Source: Tissierellia bacterium
GTDB taxonomy: Bacteria > Bacillota > Clostridia > Tissierellales > Peptoniphilaceae
Length of the DNA: 64,000 nt
Reading direction: 5' to 3'
Assembly (NCBI GenBank): GCA_030537875.1
Contig: JAUNVC010000006.1
Location: 614 to 64,613, forward strand
Positions 10,271 to 21,838 of this stretch are shown here, piece after piece. Under the pieces are notes generated by a model that was given only the letters and a program-made list of their open reading frames with translations, made no database searches and was not told the DNA's origin. Each line of letters begins with the position of its first letter. Position 1 is the stretch's first letter. A program made the translations under genes and the position numbers.

Positions 10271-11400
10271 AAAAATTAGGCATTTATATACACATTCCCT
10301 TTTGCAAACACAAGTGTACCTATTGTGATTTTTTGAGTTTTATACCTCGAAACGAGGATAGAATGGAGATGTATTGTAGGTATCTTGTAAAAGAAATTGC
10401 ACTCTACAAAAAACAAGCTGTGGGATGTGAAGTGGACACGATTTATTTTGGAGGGGGGACTCCATCCCTATTGACCCCAAAGCAAATCGAAACCATCCTT
10501 CATGGTATAGAAGATGCCTTTTTTATTACACAAAATCCAGAAATTACAATTGAAGTAAATCCAGAGACGGTGGATGCCACGTGGGTGGAGGCGTTGGCTA
10601 AGACATCCATAAACCGAGTGAGTGTAGGATTACAAGATACCCACGACGAAGTTTTACACCTGGTTGGTCGTCAAGGAAACAAAGAAGATTTTTTTCAAAC
10701 AATGAAGGCTTTCAAGGACTTTGGATTCAACAATATTTCTGCAGATATGATGTTAGGTTTACCTCTTCAAAATAAAGATTCCATATTGTCTGTTGCAAAA
10801 ACGATAGTTGCCCTTGATATTCCCCATATATCTGCCTATTCACTGATAGTTCATGAGGACACGTCCCTGTATGGATTTCTGAAAAAAAATCCGACGTTAC
10901 TGCCAACAGAAGAGGAAGAACGAGAAATGTATTATCGCCTCACGGACTATTTAGAGGCACAGGGGTTCGTCCGATATGAGATTTCCAATTTTGCCAAACC
11001 TGGGTATGAAAGTAGACACAATTTAAAATATTGGAACTTGGATCCCTATGTGGGCATTGGACTGGGGGCAGCGGGATTTTATAATAAAGAGCGAAGAGTG
11101 AACCCCAAAAGTTTTCAAGTATATTATGACATCTTAGACAAAGGCGAGCTTCCATATAAAATTGAATATAGTTTGACAAAAGAAGATGAGATGAGTGAAT
11201 TTGCTTTTTTATCCATTAGAAGACGAGAAGGGATCTCGTTACTAGACTTTAAAAATAGATTTGGCGTAGAGTTTTTTGATGTCTTTTCCTTGGAAAAACA
11301 TTTTCAATCCAAGCTTGTGGAACTGCGTCAAGGCCACGTTGTTCTCACACCGAAGGGGAGCGATCTCTCCAATTTGGTGGAAGTTGATTTAATTCTATGA
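10267..11400 (+). CDS. hemW: Radical SAM heme chaperone HemW
   Basis: [26 protein letters not shown]; lepA-hemW-hrcA synteny. Confidence 0.92.
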   Translation: MKKLGIYIHIPFCKHKCTYCDFLSFIPRNEDRMEMYCRYLVKEIALYKKQAVGCEVDTIYFGGGTPSLLTPKQIETILHGIEDAFFITQNPEITIEVNPETVDATWVEALAKTSINRVSVGLQDTHDEVLHLVGRQGNKEDFFQTMKAFKDFGFNNISADMMLGLPLQNKDSILSVAKTIVALDIPHISAYSLIVHEDTSLYGFLKKNPTLLPTEEEEREMYYRLTDYLEAQGFVRYEISNFAKPGYESRHNLKYWNLDPYVGIGLGAAGFYNKERRVNPKSFQVYYDILDKGELPYKIEYSLTKEDEMSEFAFLSIRRREGISLLDFKNRFGVEFFDVFSLEKHFQSKLVELRQGHVVLTPKGSDLSNLVEVDLIL

Positions 11401-11454
11401 TTTTATTTTCTAAAAGGTGATTAAAATACTTTTATCTGGGTATTATTAATACAG

Positions 11455-11481
11455 TTAGCACTCACCCACAACGACTGCTAA
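11455..11481 (+). promoter_or_regulatory. CIRCE operator (HrcA-binding)
   Basis: TTAGCACTC-N9-GACTGCTAA, one mismatch to consensus, directly upstream of hrcA. Confidence 0.92.
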
Positions 11482-11504
11482 CAATTTGGTAAGGAGGTGA
11501 GAAT

Positions 11505-12548
11505 GTGTTAAGTGAAAGGGAATCCCAAATATTAAAATATATTATTCAAACATTTATTGAAACTGGCGAACCTGTAGGTTCTCGAACCATTGAAAAAAAT
11601 TACAGAGTGGGTTTGAGTTCTGCAACGATACGAAATGTCATGAGTGATTTGGAGGACATGGGATATTTACAAAAAACTCACACGTCCAGTGGTCGAAGGC
11701 CTTCTCAACGGGCATTACAAAGCTATGTGGATCGTATCGTTCAAAGAGAACGAAGTTTAAGAAATCAACCGAGAGATTCTTTGATAGAATCACTGTACAA
11801 AGAGGCTAGTGGTATTGAGGGATTGCTATTAAGAGCCGGGAAGTTGTTATCGGCCATGACGGAATACGCGACATTAACATTCATTCCTCAAGATACCAAA
11901 CTAGAAATTCGTCAAGTATTTCTAAAACCAGTGAGCAAATCGGAATTTATTTTTGTTCTCATGGTGGGCAAAGACCAGGTACTCACCACTTTATTATATG
12001 ACGAAGAAGGAGTTACCAATCGTGACTTGGAACGAATTAATAATTTTCTTGTGCACGAGTTTGTAGGAAAGTCAGTACAGTATTTCATAGATCATTTGGA
12101 GCAAAGGTTTTATTCTGAGTTTTATGAGGATAAAAATCTGATTCAGCAAGTTCTTGGCGTTTTGCGAAAAGAAAGAGAAGAAGAAAATGAACTCCAAATC
12201 ACGGGACTAGCTAGATTGTTAGATCATCCTGATTTCGAAGATCTTACCAAGGTGAAAACCGTCACCACAATCATGAAGGACAAGTCCGAGTTGCTAGAAA
12301 AAATTCGAGAGGAGAGTCATCCTGGTATACAAGTTATCATTGGTTCTGAAGATACTGAGGATAATTTACATCACTTAACTTTAATTACCTCGTCTTATAA
12401 TACAGGGGGTGAACGAAATGCATCCCTTGGTATATTGGCACCTATTCGAATTAATTACGTGCAAACGATTAATACCATATTGGAACTAGATCGTAGTTTA
12501 AAAATAATTTTAAAAGGATTGACGGAGGAGGGGGAGTATGACAAATGA
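11505..12548 (+). CDS. hrcA: Heat-inducible transcription repressor
   Basis: EPVGSRT, SSATIRNVMSDLE, HTSSGR; AGGAGGTG RBS, GTG start. Confidence 0.96.
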   Translation: MLSERESQILKYIIQTFIETGEPVGSRTIEKNYRVGLSSATIRNVMSDLEDMGYLQKTHTSSGRRPSQRALQSYVDRIVQRERSLRNQPRDSLIESLYKEASGIEGLLLRAGKLLSAMTEYATLTFIPQDTKLEIRQVFLKPVSKSEFIFVLMVGKDQVLTTLLYDEEGVTNRDLERINNFLVHEFVGKSVQYFIDHLEQRFYSEFYEDKNLIQQVLGVLRKEREEENELQITGLARLLDHPDFEDLTKVKTVTTIMKDKSELLEKIREESHPGIQVIIGSEDTEDNLHHLTLITSSYNTGGERNASLGILAPIRINYVQTINTILELDRSLKIILKGLTEEGEYDK

Positions 12549-13053
12549 TAAGGAGTTTCTAGAAGAGGAAAGAGAAGAAGGTACGTCTTCCATGGACATG
12601 GACCAAGACGAAACTCTTAAGGAGGGTGAAGTCGAGGAAGATGAGACAGAAAGCTTAAGAAACCAATTGATTCGTTTACAAGCCGACTTTACCAATTTTC
12701 GGACGAGAGCTCGTAAAGCAGAGGCAGAGTCCGTTGGGCTTGGTGTAGAGAAAATGGCTGAAGAGCTATTTCCTATTTTAGATAATTTTGAAATTGCACT
12801 GTCTCATATTGATGACCAAAAAGTCCATGAAGGAATGAAAATGATTTATGATCAGTTATTGGAAGCGCTCCATTCAAAAGACATTATACCGATGGATTCA
12901 GATGGAGCAGAATTTGATCCCAATAAACATTATGCGGTCTGGGTTGAAGAAGTTGAAGGAGAGCCTTCGGGCCTAGTAATTGAAACGATAAAAAGAGGAT
13001 ATATGCGGGGAGAAAAAGTTTTGCAGCCCGCCATGGTAAAAGTATCCAAATAA
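12538..13053 (+). CDS. grpE: Nucleotide exchange factor
   Basis: RLQADFTNFR, FDPNKH, PAMVKV; synteny. Confidence 0.95.
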   Translation: MTNDKEFLEEEREEGTSSMDMDQDETLKEGEVEEDETESLRNQLIRLQADFTNFRTRARKAEAESVGLGVEKMAEELFPILDNFEIALSHIDDQKVHEGMKMIYDQLLEALHSKDIIPMDSDGAEFDPNKHYAVWVEEVEGEPSGLVIETIKRGYMRGEKVLQPAMVKVSK

Positions 13054-13073
13054 TATATTAGGAGGAAATGTAT

Positions 13074-14894
13074 ATGAGTAAAGTTATTGGAATTGATTTA
13101 GGAACAACCAACTCTTGTGTTGCTGTAATGGAGGGAGGCGAACCGATTGTTATCAATAACGTAGAGGGCAATCGAACAACGCCTAGTATTGTAGCATTTA
13201 CAAAAGACGGAGAGAGATTGGTTGGAGAAACGGCAAAAAGACAAGCAATCACAAATCCCGACAGAACCATCTCATCAATTAAAAGAGAAATGGGTTCAGA
13301 TCATAAGGAAACTATAGATGGTAAGGAATACAGTCCAGAAGAAATTTCTGCTATGATTTTACAAAAATTAAAAAGCGATGCAGAAAGCTATTTGGGAGAA
13401 ACTGTTGCAGAAGCAGTGATAACAGTTCCTGCCTATTTCACCGATGCACAAAGACAAGCAACCAAAGATGCAGGTAGAATTGCTGGGCTTGAAGTAAAAA
13501 GAATTATTAACGAACCTACGGCTGCTGCTCTTGCCTATGGTATGGATAAAGAAGACGGACAGCATAAAATTATGGTTTATGACCTAGGTGGAGGGACCTT
13601 CGACGTTTCCATACTGGAACTTGGAGATGGAGTATTTGAAGTATTGGCCACCAGAGGAAACAATAAATTAGGTGGAGATGATTTTGACAATAAACTCATG
13701 GACTATATTGCCGAAGAATTTAAAAAGGAAAATGGCGTTGATTTAAGACAGGATAAAATGAGTCTACAAAGATTGAAAGAAGCTTCTGAAAAGGCAAAGA
13801 AAGAACTGTCTTCAACCATGAGCACCAATATCAACCTTCCCTTTATCACAGCTACAGCCAATGGTCCCTTACATTTAAACATGGACGTTACTAGAGCGAA
13901 GTTTAATGAATTGACAGAGGATTTGGTACAAAAAACCATTGCACCAGTGAAAGATGCCATTAAAGATGCAGGAATTCAGGTAGGCGACTTGGATAAAGTT
14001 CTCTTAGTTGGTGGTTCAACAAGAATTCCTGCTGTGCAAGAAGCAGTAAAAAATATTACGGGCAGAGATCCACAGAAAGATATCAATCCCGACGAATGTG
14101 TTGCACTGGGTGCCGCCATTCAAGGTGGAGTCTTGACAGGAGAAGTAAAAGACCTGCTATTACTTGATGTTACCCCCCTATCTCTGGGATTGGAAACATT
14201 GGGCGGAGTTACGACACGTCTCATTGAGCGTAATACAACCATTCCTGCCAAGAAGAGTCAAGTATTTACAACCGCTTCCGATTCACAGACTTCTGTAGAT
14301 ATTCACGTTCTTCAAGGAGAAAGAGAGATGGCACAGGATAACACCACCTTAGGTCGTTTCCAATTAACAGGGATTGCACCTGCTCCAAGAGGAATTCCTC
14401 AGATTGAAGTAACCTTCGATATTGATGCCAACGGTATTGTAAATGTAAGTGCGAAGGATATGGCCACTGGAAAAGAACAATCTATTACCATCACAGCATC
14501 CACCAATATGACGGAAGAAGAAATTCAAAAGAAAGTTCAAGATGCTGAAAAGTTTGCGGCAGAGGATAAGAAGAAAAGAGAACACATTGAAATCAAGAAC
14601 AATGCAGATCAGATGATTTATCAAACGGAAAAGAATTTGAAGGATCTTGAGGATAAACTGGAAGAAGGCGATAAGAAGAGTTTGGAAGAAAAATTAGAAG
14701 CCCTTAAATCATCCGCGGAAAAAGATGACTTTGACGATATGAAAAAGAAAACGGAAGACTTGACTCAAGAGTTTTATCGCATCAGTGAAAAGATTTATAA
14801 AGCCGGTGCCGCTGCCCAAGGAGATGGACAAACATCAGAAGATTCAGGAGACGATGTGGTCGATGGAGATTATGAAGTAGTTGACGAAGAATAA
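13074..14894 (+). CDS. dnaK: Chaperone DnaK
   Basis: [19 protein letters not shown]; start chosen from GGAGG spacing. Confidence 0.99.
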   Translation: MSKVIGIDLGTTNSCVAVMEGGEPIVINNVEGNRTTPSIVAFTKDGERLVGETAKRQAITNPDRTISSIKREMGSDHKETIDGKEYSPEEISAMILQKLKSDAESYLGETVAEAVITVPAYFTDAQRQATKDAGRIAGLEVKRIINEPTAAALAYGMDKEDGQHKIMVYDLGGGTFDVSILELGDGVFEVLATRGNNKLGGDDFDNKLMDYIAEEFKKENGVDLRQDKMSLQRLKEASEKAKKELSSTMSTNINLPFITATANGPLHLNMDVTRAKFNELTEDLVQKTIAPVKDAIKDAGIQVGDLDKVLLVGGSTRIPAVQEAVKNITGRDPQKDINPDECVALGAAIQGGVLTGEVKDLLLLDVTPLSLGLETLGGVTTRLIERNTTIPAKKSQVFTTASDSQTSVDIHVLQGEREMAQDNTTLGRFQLTGIAPAPRGIPQIEVTFDIDANGIVNVSAKDMATGKEQSITITASTNMTEEEIQKKVQDAEKFAAEDKKKREHIEIKNNADQMIYQTEKNLKDLEDKLEEGDKKSLEEKLEALKSSAEKDDFDDMKKKTEDLTQEFYRISEKIYKAGAAAQGDGQTSEDSGDDVVDGDYEVVDEE

Positions 14895-14905
14895 AAATAG
14901 GCTAT

Positions 14906-14937
14906 AATATAAAAGGGAGTTCACTCCCTTTTATATT
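14906..14937 (+). terminator. Hairpin/terminator between dnaK and dnaJ
   Basis: AATATAAAAGGGAG-TTCA-CTCCCTTTTATATT. Confidence 0.7.
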
Positions 14938-14953
14938 TGTGAGGAGATAAGTT

Positions 14954-16081
14954 TTGAAAGATTTGTATGAAGTTTTAGAGGTATCAAGAGATGCCACCAA
15001 AGATGAAATCAAAGCAAGTTATAGAAGGTTAGCCAAAAAATATCACCCTGATTTAAACGGGGGAGACCTGGAAAGTCAAGAGATTTTTAAAGAGATTACT
15101 GCTGCCTATGAAGTTCTTGGTGATGAAGAGAAAAGACAGCGATATGATCGATATGGTACCACTGATTTTTCTGGGCAAGGTGTCACGATGGATTTCGAGG
15201 ATATTTTTGGCGATATTTTTGATATCTTCACAGGAGGAGTGGGTTTTAGAGGAGCTAGGAGGAGCACAGCTTCCCATGGAGAAGATCGTAGAGTAGATAT
15301 TCATTTAGATCTTATAGATACTTTGGAAGATACGGAAAAGACAATTTCATACAAAAGAGTGGTTACGTGCGATTATTGTGACGGATCGGGTGCGAAACAT
15401 TCCGATGCAATAAGGACTTGTGGTAATTGTCACGGTTCAGGCCGAGTTCGCACGGTACGTCAAACCCTTTTTGGAACCATGCAACAAGAGTCGATTTGTC
15501 CGGAGTGCCATGGCAAGGGAAAGGTTGTAACGGATCCTTGCGATCGATGCGATGGACATGGAAGACGAGTCAAAGAAGAAGAAAGATCTATTACCCTAAA
15601 AAGAGGATTGAAGGATGGAAATATCTTAAAACTTGGACCCTATGGAGATGAGGGAACTGGCGGAGGTTCAAACGGAGAACTTTATGCCGTGATACATGTC
15701 AATCCCCACCCAGGGTACTCCATTGAGGGAAATGATCTGATTTATTCCTATGAAATATCGTTTCCGGAAGCTGCTCTTGGAGCAGAAAAGGTATTTGAAA
15801 CATTGGATTCAAAGGAAACCATAGTTATTCCAGAAGGAACTCAACATGGAGATGTCATTAAAATATCAAAAAAAGGATTGTATCAGTATAATTCTCATTC
15901 AAGAGGAGATCTTTTTCTTATTTGCAATGTGAAAACACCAACAAAATTGACAAAACGTCAAAGAGAATTGTTGATGGAATTTGAAGGAGATGACGAATCT
16001 ACACAGCCTCCGCCCCTTAGGGGTTTGTGGGCGAAGATAAAAACCAAATGGTATACACTGATTAGATCTTGGAAAGCATAG
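14954..16081 (+). CDS. dnaJ: Chaperone DnaJ
   Basis: HPD motif, four CxxCxGxG repeats; TTG start with GAGGAG RBS. Confidence 0.96.
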   Translation: MKDLYEVLEVSRDATKDEIKASYRRLAKKYHPDLNGGDLESQEIFKEITAAYEVLGDEEKRQRYDRYGTTDFSGQGVTMDFEDIFGDIFDIFTGGVGFRGARRSTASHGEDRRVDIHLDLIDTLEDTEKTISYKRVVTCDYCDGSGAKHSDAIRTCGNCHGSGRVRTVRQTLFGTMQQESICPECHGKGKVVTDPCDRCDGHGRRVKEEERSITLKRGLKDGNILKLGPYGDEGTGGGSNGELYAVIHVNPHPGYSIEGNDLIYSYEISFPEAALGAEKVFETLDSKETIVIPEGTQHGDVIKISKKGLYQYNSHSRGDLFLICNVKTPTKLTKRQRELLMEFEGDDESTQPPPLRGLWAKIKTKWYTLIRSWKA

Positions 16082-16108
16082 AGAAATTCTTCGGAATTTC
16101 TCTATTTT
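16078..16108 (+). terminator. Intrinsic terminator after dnaJ
   Basis: ATAGAGAAATTC-TTCG-GAATTTCTCTAT-TTT (UUCG tetraloop). Confidence 0.75.
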
Positions 16109-16167
16109 ACAAATCTTCTCTTGATAATCTTCAAAATTTATGGAATAATTTTAATGGGGGGTTACAT

Positions 16168-17055
16168 ATGACGAAAGAAGTAATCATTACAATCAAAAAA
16201 GAAGATGAAGAAAAAGCTCTGTATCATATATTAGACTTAAATGTCAGCGCGATGGAAGTGAGGGATGCGGATTTAGCATCCTCATTTACAGAGGATGAGA
16301 AGAAATGGGATTACATTGATTTGCCGAAGAACAGTTCTGATACAATTGAAATTTTGTTTTATGTGGAAGAAGATGAAGTGGAATCGATTCGAGATCATCT
16401 AAAAAATGTATTTCATGGTGATATATCCATACAGAGTGGTGATGTGAACAAGGAAGATTATGAGAACAATTGGAAAGAGCATTTTAAACCCATTTCCATT
16501 TCATCAACTAGAAGAGTACTTCCGCCATGGGAGAAAGCAAACGATGGTGACATCATCATTGATCCAGGTTTGGCATTTGGTACGGGAAATCATGAAACAA
16601 CACTATTGTGTTTGCGAGCCATTGACCAGCATGTGGGCCCGGGAAACCTATTGGATGTGGGTACTGGCAGTGGGATTTTGTCTATTGCTGCGGCCAAGAT
16701 GCATGGGTGTCAGTGTGATGCCTATGACTTGGATCCCGCAGCCATTGCGTCAGCTAAGAGCAATGTGGATAGGAACCATGTGTCTGATAAAGTAAATTTA
16801 TACCTAGGAGATTTCACAAAAGAAGATATAAAAACCTATGACTATATTGTAGCCAATATATACGCAGAGGTCCTTATGGATATGATGGAGCATTTTGCAG
16901 AACGAATGGATATGGGTGGTACGATTATACTATCTGGTATTGTACGAGGAAAAGAGGAAAAAGTTATCCATTGTATGGCTAAGAATGGATTTATGGTTTA
17001 TAAAGTGGATCGTGAGAATCAATGGGTATGTATACGAGGGATGCTACATGGATAG
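16168..17055 (+). CDS. prmA: Ribosomal protein L11 methyltransferase
   Basis: DPGLAFGTGNHETT, DVGTGSGILS, VANI; start moved to the ATG after the GGGGG RBS. Confidence 0.95.
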   Translation: MTKEVIITIKKEDEEKALYHILDLNVSAMEVRDADLASSFTEDEKKWDYIDLPKNSSDTIEILFYVEEDEVESIRDHLKNVFHGDISIQSGDVNKEDYENNWKEHFKPISISSTRRVLPPWEKANDGDIIIDPGLAFGTGNHETTLLCLRAIDQHVGPGNLLDVGTGSGILSIAAAKMHGCQCDAYDLDPAAIASAKSNVDRNHVSDKVNLYLGDFTKEDIKTYDYIVANIYAEVLMDMMEHFAERMDMGGTIILSGIVRGKEEKVIHCMAKNGFMVYKVDRENQWVCIRGMLHG

Positions 17056-17773
17056 AGTCTTCTCGGATTCTTTGATATTGGAAGGCGATCAATATAATCA
17101 TATTATCAATTCCCTTCGTCATAGAGACGGGGATGTCATAGAGGTAGTTTGTGAAGGGAAACTATATTTGGCCAATATACAATTGAGAGAAAATAGAAAG
17201 GCTCACCTATCTATTCTTCACGAATTGGAAGATAAAAATCTCCCCCACCAAATCTATTTGTATCAGGCTTTGGTTGAAAAGAAGAAAATGGAAGATGTGA
17301 TACGCCTTAATACACAATTGGGTGTGAAAAGATTTTCTTTTTTCGTTTCAGAACGAATCAAGCCCTATGGAAAAGTAGAATTGCAGAGTGCAAGAATACA
17401 TAAATTATTGGAAGATGGTTCTATGCAGTCTAAATCAAGTAGTATTCCTGAAGTGGAAGGGACATTGCTTAGCTTTGAAGAGATGCTTGAGAATTGCAAT
17501 CAACATGACATTACTTTTTTTCTCTATGAAGGAGAAGAAAAACAAGGTTTTTTAGAGACTTTGGATATTTTAAAGGCATATGAGAAGCTTCGAATTGGAA
17601 TTGTAGTGGGGCCAGAGGGAGGATTTGCTCTGGAAGAAGTGAAAAAAGCAAGAGAGAGTGGATGTTCCATTGTGACACTCTTTCCCAATATACTAAGAAC
17701 TGAAGTGGCGGCATTTTCTGCCAATTCTATTTTGATGGGATATTTGATGAGGTACTATGAAGGTAAAGATTAA
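17048..17773 (+). CDS. rsmE: 16S rRNA m3U1498 methyltransferase
   Basis: VGPEGGF, ILRTEVAA; prmA-rsmE-mtaB synteny. Confidence 0.92.
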   Translation: MDRVFSDSLILEGDQYNHIINSLRHRDGDVIEVVCEGKLYLANIQLRENRKAHLSILHELEDKNLPHQIYLYQALVEKKKMEDVIRLNTQLGVKRFSFFVSERIKPYGKVELQSARIHKLLEDGSMQSKSSSIPEVEGTLLSFEEMLENCNQHDITFFLYEGEEKQGFLETLDILKAYEKLRIGIVVGPEGGFALEEVKKARESGCSIVTLFPNILRTEVAAFSANSILMGYLMRYYEGKD

Positions 17774-19055
17774 AACATTAGGATGCAAAGTAAATTATGT
17801 AGAATCTTTAGCTCTAGAGGAGATGTTATTACAAGCAGGATTTGACGTCGTAGAAGAAGAGGATTGTGATATATTTATTTTAAACTCTTGTTCTGTAACC
17901 AATGAAAGTGACAAGAAATCTCGTCAAGCGCTAAGCAGAAACAGGAAAATCAATCCTGAAAATTATGCTGTCATCATGGGATGCTATTCTCAAGTTTCAA
18001 AAAACGAACTACTGGAGAATCAAAATGTAAATCTAGTCAGCGGAAATCGAGACAAACTTGAAATTGTGGAGCTGCTTCAACAACAAAGAGAATTGCTTGA
18101 AAAGGATCGAGTGAAAGATATTTCCAGATACAGAGTTTTTGAGCAACTGCCTTTTCATGGTCTTGGAAGCAAGACCAGAGGCTTTATCAAGATTCAAGAT
18201 GGCTGTGATAATTACTGCACTTACTGTATCATTCCCCATGCGAGAGGACGGGTAAGGTCTCGTGAACTTGATTTCATCGAAGAGGAAGCTAGGCATCTTT
18301 ATGAACAAGGCACGCAGGAAATCGTTGTAACTGGCATAGAAGTGGCATCCTATGGTAAAGATTTAGATCAAGTTCAGTTGATAGATGCCATTGAAGCTAC
18401 GGCGAAAGGAGCTCCTGGAATACGGATTCGGATGTCTAGTTTAGAAATTGGGTGTATTACAGAAGATTTTTTACAACGGGTGAAAAACATACCCGGATTC
18501 TGTCACCATTTTCACTTATCGCTCCAATCGGGATGCGATAAGATATTGAAAAAAATGGGTAGAAAGTATACAACAGATATTTTTGCGAAAAAAGTTGAGT
18601 TGATTCGTAAATATTTTCCCTATGCTGGTTTAACCAGTGATGTAATCGTTGGATTCCCCTACGAAACAGAAGAAGACTTTGATACGACATGTCAATATGT
18701 TCAAGCCATCGGGCTATTACGAATCCATGTATTTCCATATTCACCGCGTAAAAATACGCCGGCTGCAAGAATGCCCCAAATCGATGGTACGATTAAAACA
18801 GAAAGGGCAAAGAAATTGCGAGATATTTCAGAACAACTGGAGCGAGATTTTCAAAGAAACATCCTTGGAAAACCTCAAGAGGTCTTGATTGAAGAAAGAC
18901 GTAACGGTATATTTTACGGTTATACCTCCAACTATGTGAGGGTCGAATTATCAACCAATGAAAACAAGGATTTGAAACTAAACCAAGTATATACTGTGCT
19001 TCCAAAAGCAAAAGGAGATGATATTCAATGGACTGTATTTTCTGCAAAATCGTAA
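17757..19055 (+). CDS. mtaB: tRNA t6A37 methylthiotransferase
   Basis: TLGCKVN, NSCSVT, KIQDGCDNYCTYC, HVFPYSPR. Confidence 0.95.
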   Translation: MKVKIKTLGCKVNYVESLALEEMLLQAGFDVVEEEDCDIFILNSCSVTNESDKKSRQALSRNRKINPENYAVIMGCYSQVSKNELLENQNVNLVSGNRDKLEIVELLQQQRELLEKDRVKDISRYRVFEQLPFHGLGSKTRGFIKIQDGCDNYCTYCIIPHARGRVRSRELDFIEEEARHLYEQGTQEIVVTGIEVASYGKDLDQVQLIDAIEATAKGAPGIRIRMSSLEIGCITEDFLQRVKNIPGFCHHFHLSLQSGCDKILKKMGRKYTTDIFAKKVELIRKYFPYAGLTSDVIVGFPYETEEDFDTTCQYVQAIGLLRIHVFPYSPRKNTPAARMPQIDGTIKTERAKKLRDISEQLERDFQRNILGKPQEVLIEERRNGIFYGYTSNYVRVELSTNENKDLKLNQVYTVLPKAKGDDIQWTVFSAKS

Positions 19056-19363
19056 ATAAAGATATCGAAACAAAGCTTCTGTATGAAGATGATGAGTGTA
19101 TGGTGTTTCACGACATTGAACCGACGGCACCAGTGCACATATTAGCGATCCCCAAAAAACACATTGAAGGGGTAGACACGATGAGCTCAGAAGATGAAAA
19201 ACTCATCGGCCATATCTTTACTGTCCTTCAAAAGCTTGCTGAGGATTTAGATTTAAAAAAAGGATATCGTATTATAACGAATATTGGAGAAGATGGATTG
19301 CAATCTATCCGTCACCTTCATTTCCATTTACTCGGTGGGAGAAAATTAGGCTGGGATATGTAA
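19028..19363 (+). CDS. Histidine triad (HIT) nucleotide-binding protein
   Basis: DCIFCKI, HLHFHLLGG. Confidence 0.95.
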   Translation: MDCIFCKIVNKDIETKLLYEDDECMVFHDIEPTAPVHILAIPKKHIEGVDTMSSEDEKLIGHIFTVLQKLAEDLDLKKGYRIITNIGEDGLQSIRHLHFHLLGGRKLGWDM

Positions 19364-19371
19364 AAATAGAC

Positions 19372-19400
19372 TTGAAAATCTATAGCTGAACGTGTATAAT
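19372..19400 (+). promoter_or_regulatory. SigA-type promoter for rpsU-yqeY
   Basis: TTGAAA-N17-TATAAT. Confidence 0.7.
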
Positions 19401-19446
19401 ACAAATAAGCTTTGTAATTGATACCTTATGAGGGGGGGGAAGATAT

Positions 19447-19629
19447 ATGTCAGAAATCAAAGTAGGAGAAAACGAATCCCTAGATAATGCACTAAAAAGA
19501 TTTAAAAGACAATGTGCTCGTTCAGGAGTATTGGGAGAAGTAAGAAAAAGAGAACACTACGAGAAGCCCAGCGTAAAAAAGAAAAAGAAATCCGAAGCTG
19601 CAAGAAGAAAAAAGCGCAAAGGATTTTAA
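19447..19629 (+). CDS. rpsU: 30S ribosomal protein S21
   Basis: [21 protein letters not shown]. Confidence 0.97.
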   Translation: MSEIKVGENESLDNALKRFKRQCARSGVLGEVRKREHYEKPSVKKKKKSEAARRKKRKGF

Positions 19630-19644
19630 CGAGAGGTAATAAAT

Positions 19645-20094
19645 TTGTCATTAAAAGATAAATTGATGGATGATTTAAAGGCTTCCATGAAAGAAAAACA
19701 AACTCTAAGAAAAAATACAATTACAATGCTGAGAGCTCGTATTAAACAGTACGAGGTCGATACGAGAGAAGATGCTGATGACAAGAAAATTATGGAATTG
19801 ATTCATAAAGAATTGAAACAAAGACGTGATGCTCTCGTAGCTTTTGAGGATTCCGATAGAGCTGAACTGATTCAAAATACCAAGGAAGAGATTTCGATTT
19901 TAGAGTCATATCTTCCGGTGCAGTTGTCTGATGAAAAACTAGAGGAGTTGATACGAATCTGTATCAAAGAAATGGGAGCAATGTCCATGAAGGATATGTC
20001 CAAAGTTATTTCTCTAGCAAAGCAAAAAGCAGGTTCTACGGCAGAACCAAAACGTATATCGGAAGTAGTAAAAGACAAATTAAGCTCGCAATAG
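19645..20094 (+). CDS. yqeY: GatB/YqeY domain protein
   Basis: SLKDKLMDDLKASMK, YLPVQLS, KDMSKV; follows rpsU. Confidence 0.92.
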   Translation: MSLKDKLMDDLKASMKEKQTLRKNTITMLRARIKQYEVDTREDADDKKIMELIHKELKQRRDALVAFEDSDRAELIQNTKEEISILESYLPVQLSDEKLEELIRICIKEMGAMSMKDMSKVISLAKQKAGSTAEPKRISEVVKDKLSSQ

Positions 20095-20110
20095 CGAGCT
20101 TTGTTTTATT
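20082..20110 (+). terminator. Intrinsic terminator after yqeY
   Basis: AAGCTCGC-AATA-GCGAGCTT followed by a T-rich tract. Confidence 0.75.
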
Positions 20111-20147
20111 ATGGTCATTGAGTGGTATAAATATGAGGGGTGAAAGT

Positions 20148-20822
20148 ATGTTATTTTTAAGTATTCAAGCATGGATTAGTTCTGCCGTATTGAAAATACC
20201 CATAGAACCAAACAAATTGAGCATTATACTTTTTGTTTTAGCGGCAATTTTCTTTACGACAGGTCTTTTTAAATGGAGAAAAATCACGTTTCTTATTTCA
20301 ATCTTGCTCCTCTGTTTGTATGGATATATAAATATTTATATCAGCAATATTGAAATGCTGTGGCTGATTCTATCTCTCATGGGAGTCGGACTTCTTATCA
20401 TTGAAGCCCTTGTCCCAGGGGTGCAATTTTTCGGAATTGCGGGAGCTATTTTCCTTGCCGTAGGAATGGTTCAATCAGCAGACTCGATTTTTTATGGCTT
20501 ACTTACCTTATTTCTTGCTGCAATTGCTTCTGCCTTCGTTTTTGTACTGTTCAAGAAAAAGGGATATAAACTAAAAGCCGTTGAAAAGCTTGTTTTACAT
20601 GATGCAAATACATCAGATAAAGGGTATGTTGCTCGGGAAACAATTGATTTAATGGGTCTAACGGGAGTTACAACATCCGTTCTTAGACCTACTGGGTATG
20701 GAGAGATCAACGGAAAGAAATATGACCTTTATGCAGAGGAAGGTTTTATTCCTGAAGGTGAAGAAGTGATTGTCATAGGAGAAAAATCTATGAAAGTATT
20801 GGTTAGGAGGTTAACGAAATGA
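20148..20822 (+). CDS. NfeD-family membrane protein (YqeZ-like, short form)
   Basis: Multiple TM segments, IEALVPG, C-terminal OB fold LRPTGYGEI...EGFI; precedes floA. Confidence 0.88.
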   Translation: MLFLSIQAWISSAVLKIPIEPNKLSIILFVLAAIFFTTGLFKWRKITFLISILLLCLYGYINIYISNIEMLWLILSLMGVGLLIIEALVPGVQFFGIAGAIFLAVGMVQSADSIFYGLLTLFLAAIASAFVFVLFKKKGYKLKAVEKLVLHDANTSDKGYVARETIDLMGLTGVTTSVLRPTGYGEINGKKYDLYAEEGFIPEGEEVIVIGEKSMKVLVRRLTK

Positions 20823-21814
20823 TTTTATTAGCAGCTACAGAAGGAGTAGCAAGATTCGGTTCAGTATTTATCGTCGCAGCAGTTGTCCTATTCCTTATTA
20901 TATTGTTTACCATGGTTCCCATCGGTCTTTGGGTAACGGCATATTTTTCGGGAGTAAAGGTTGGAATTGGTGAGCTCATAGGTATGAAACTACGTAGAGT
21001 TAGACCTGGACGAATTATCAATCCAATGATTAAAGCGACAAAAGCAGGATTGAATTTAAAACTAAATGAGATGGAAGCCCATTACCTTGCTGGTGGGAAT
21101 GTAAATACGTTGGTAGATGCGCTAATTGCTGCGCAAAGAGCCAACATCGATCTTGAATTTGAACGAGCAGCAGCAATTGATTTGGCGGGTAGAAATGTAC
21201 TAGAAGCTGTACGGGTAAGTGTCAATCCAAAGGTTATTGAAACGCCCAACATTGCAGCCGTCAGTAAAAATGGTATTGAAGTAATTGTAAAAGCCAGAGT
21301 AACCGTCCGTGCCAATATTGATCGTTTGGTCGGTGGTGCAGGGGAAGAGACAATCATTGCTCGTGTTGGAGAAGGTATTGTAACTACTGTAGGTTCCAGT
21401 AATATGCATAAAGATGTTTTAGAAAATCCAGACAGCATTTCTAAAACGGTACTTGGCAAGGGACTCGACTCTGGAACAGCCTTTGAAATCCTATCTATTG
21501 ATATTGCAGATGTGGATGTTGGAAGAAACATTGGTGCACAACTACAGACAGATCAAGCGGAAGCTGATATGAGAATTGCACAGGCTAAGGCCGAGGAAAG
21601 AAGAGCCATGGCTGTGGCAAAAGAACAAGAAATGAGAGCAGAAGTTCAAGAAAAACGAGCACTTGTTGTGGAAAACGAAGCACAGGTTCCGTTGGCTTTA
21701 GCAGATGCTTTGCGTTCTGGAAATCTTGGTGTATTAGATCAATACAAGTTATCCAATATCAAGGCGGATACAGATATGAGAAATTCCATAGGAAAGGCAA
21801 AAGACGAGGAATAA
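20819..21814 (+). CDS. floA: Flotillin-like protein FloA (YqfA)
   Basis: [36 protein letters not shown]. Confidence 0.96.
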   Translation: MILLAATEGVARFGSVFIVAAVVLFLIILFTMVPIGLWVTAYFSGVKVGIGELIGMKLRRVRPGRIINPMIKATKAGLNLKLNEMEAHYLAGGNVNTLVDALIAAQRANIDLEFERAAAIDLAGRNVLEAVRVSVNPKVIETPNIAAVSKNGIEVIVKARVTVRANIDRLVGGAGEETIIARVGEGIVTTVGSSNMHKDVLENPDSISKTVLGKGLDSGTAFEILSIDIADVDVGRNIGAQLQTDQAEADMRIAQAKAEERRAMAVAKEQEMRAEVQEKRALVVENEAQVPLALADALRSGNLGVLDQYKLSNIKADTDMRNSIGKAKDEE

Positions 21815-21838
21815 AATAATTCCCTAAGGAGGGATATT

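Noticed and set aside
16069-16167. N-terminal extensions in the ORF track for prmA, rsmE, gmk, rpoD and rsmB
   Set aside because: RBS positions and family N-termini support the downstream starts.
21082-21531. Long antisense ORFs such as 21082-21531, 46029-46496 and 55828-56217
   Set aside because: These are shadow frames of conserved genes with no independent signals.
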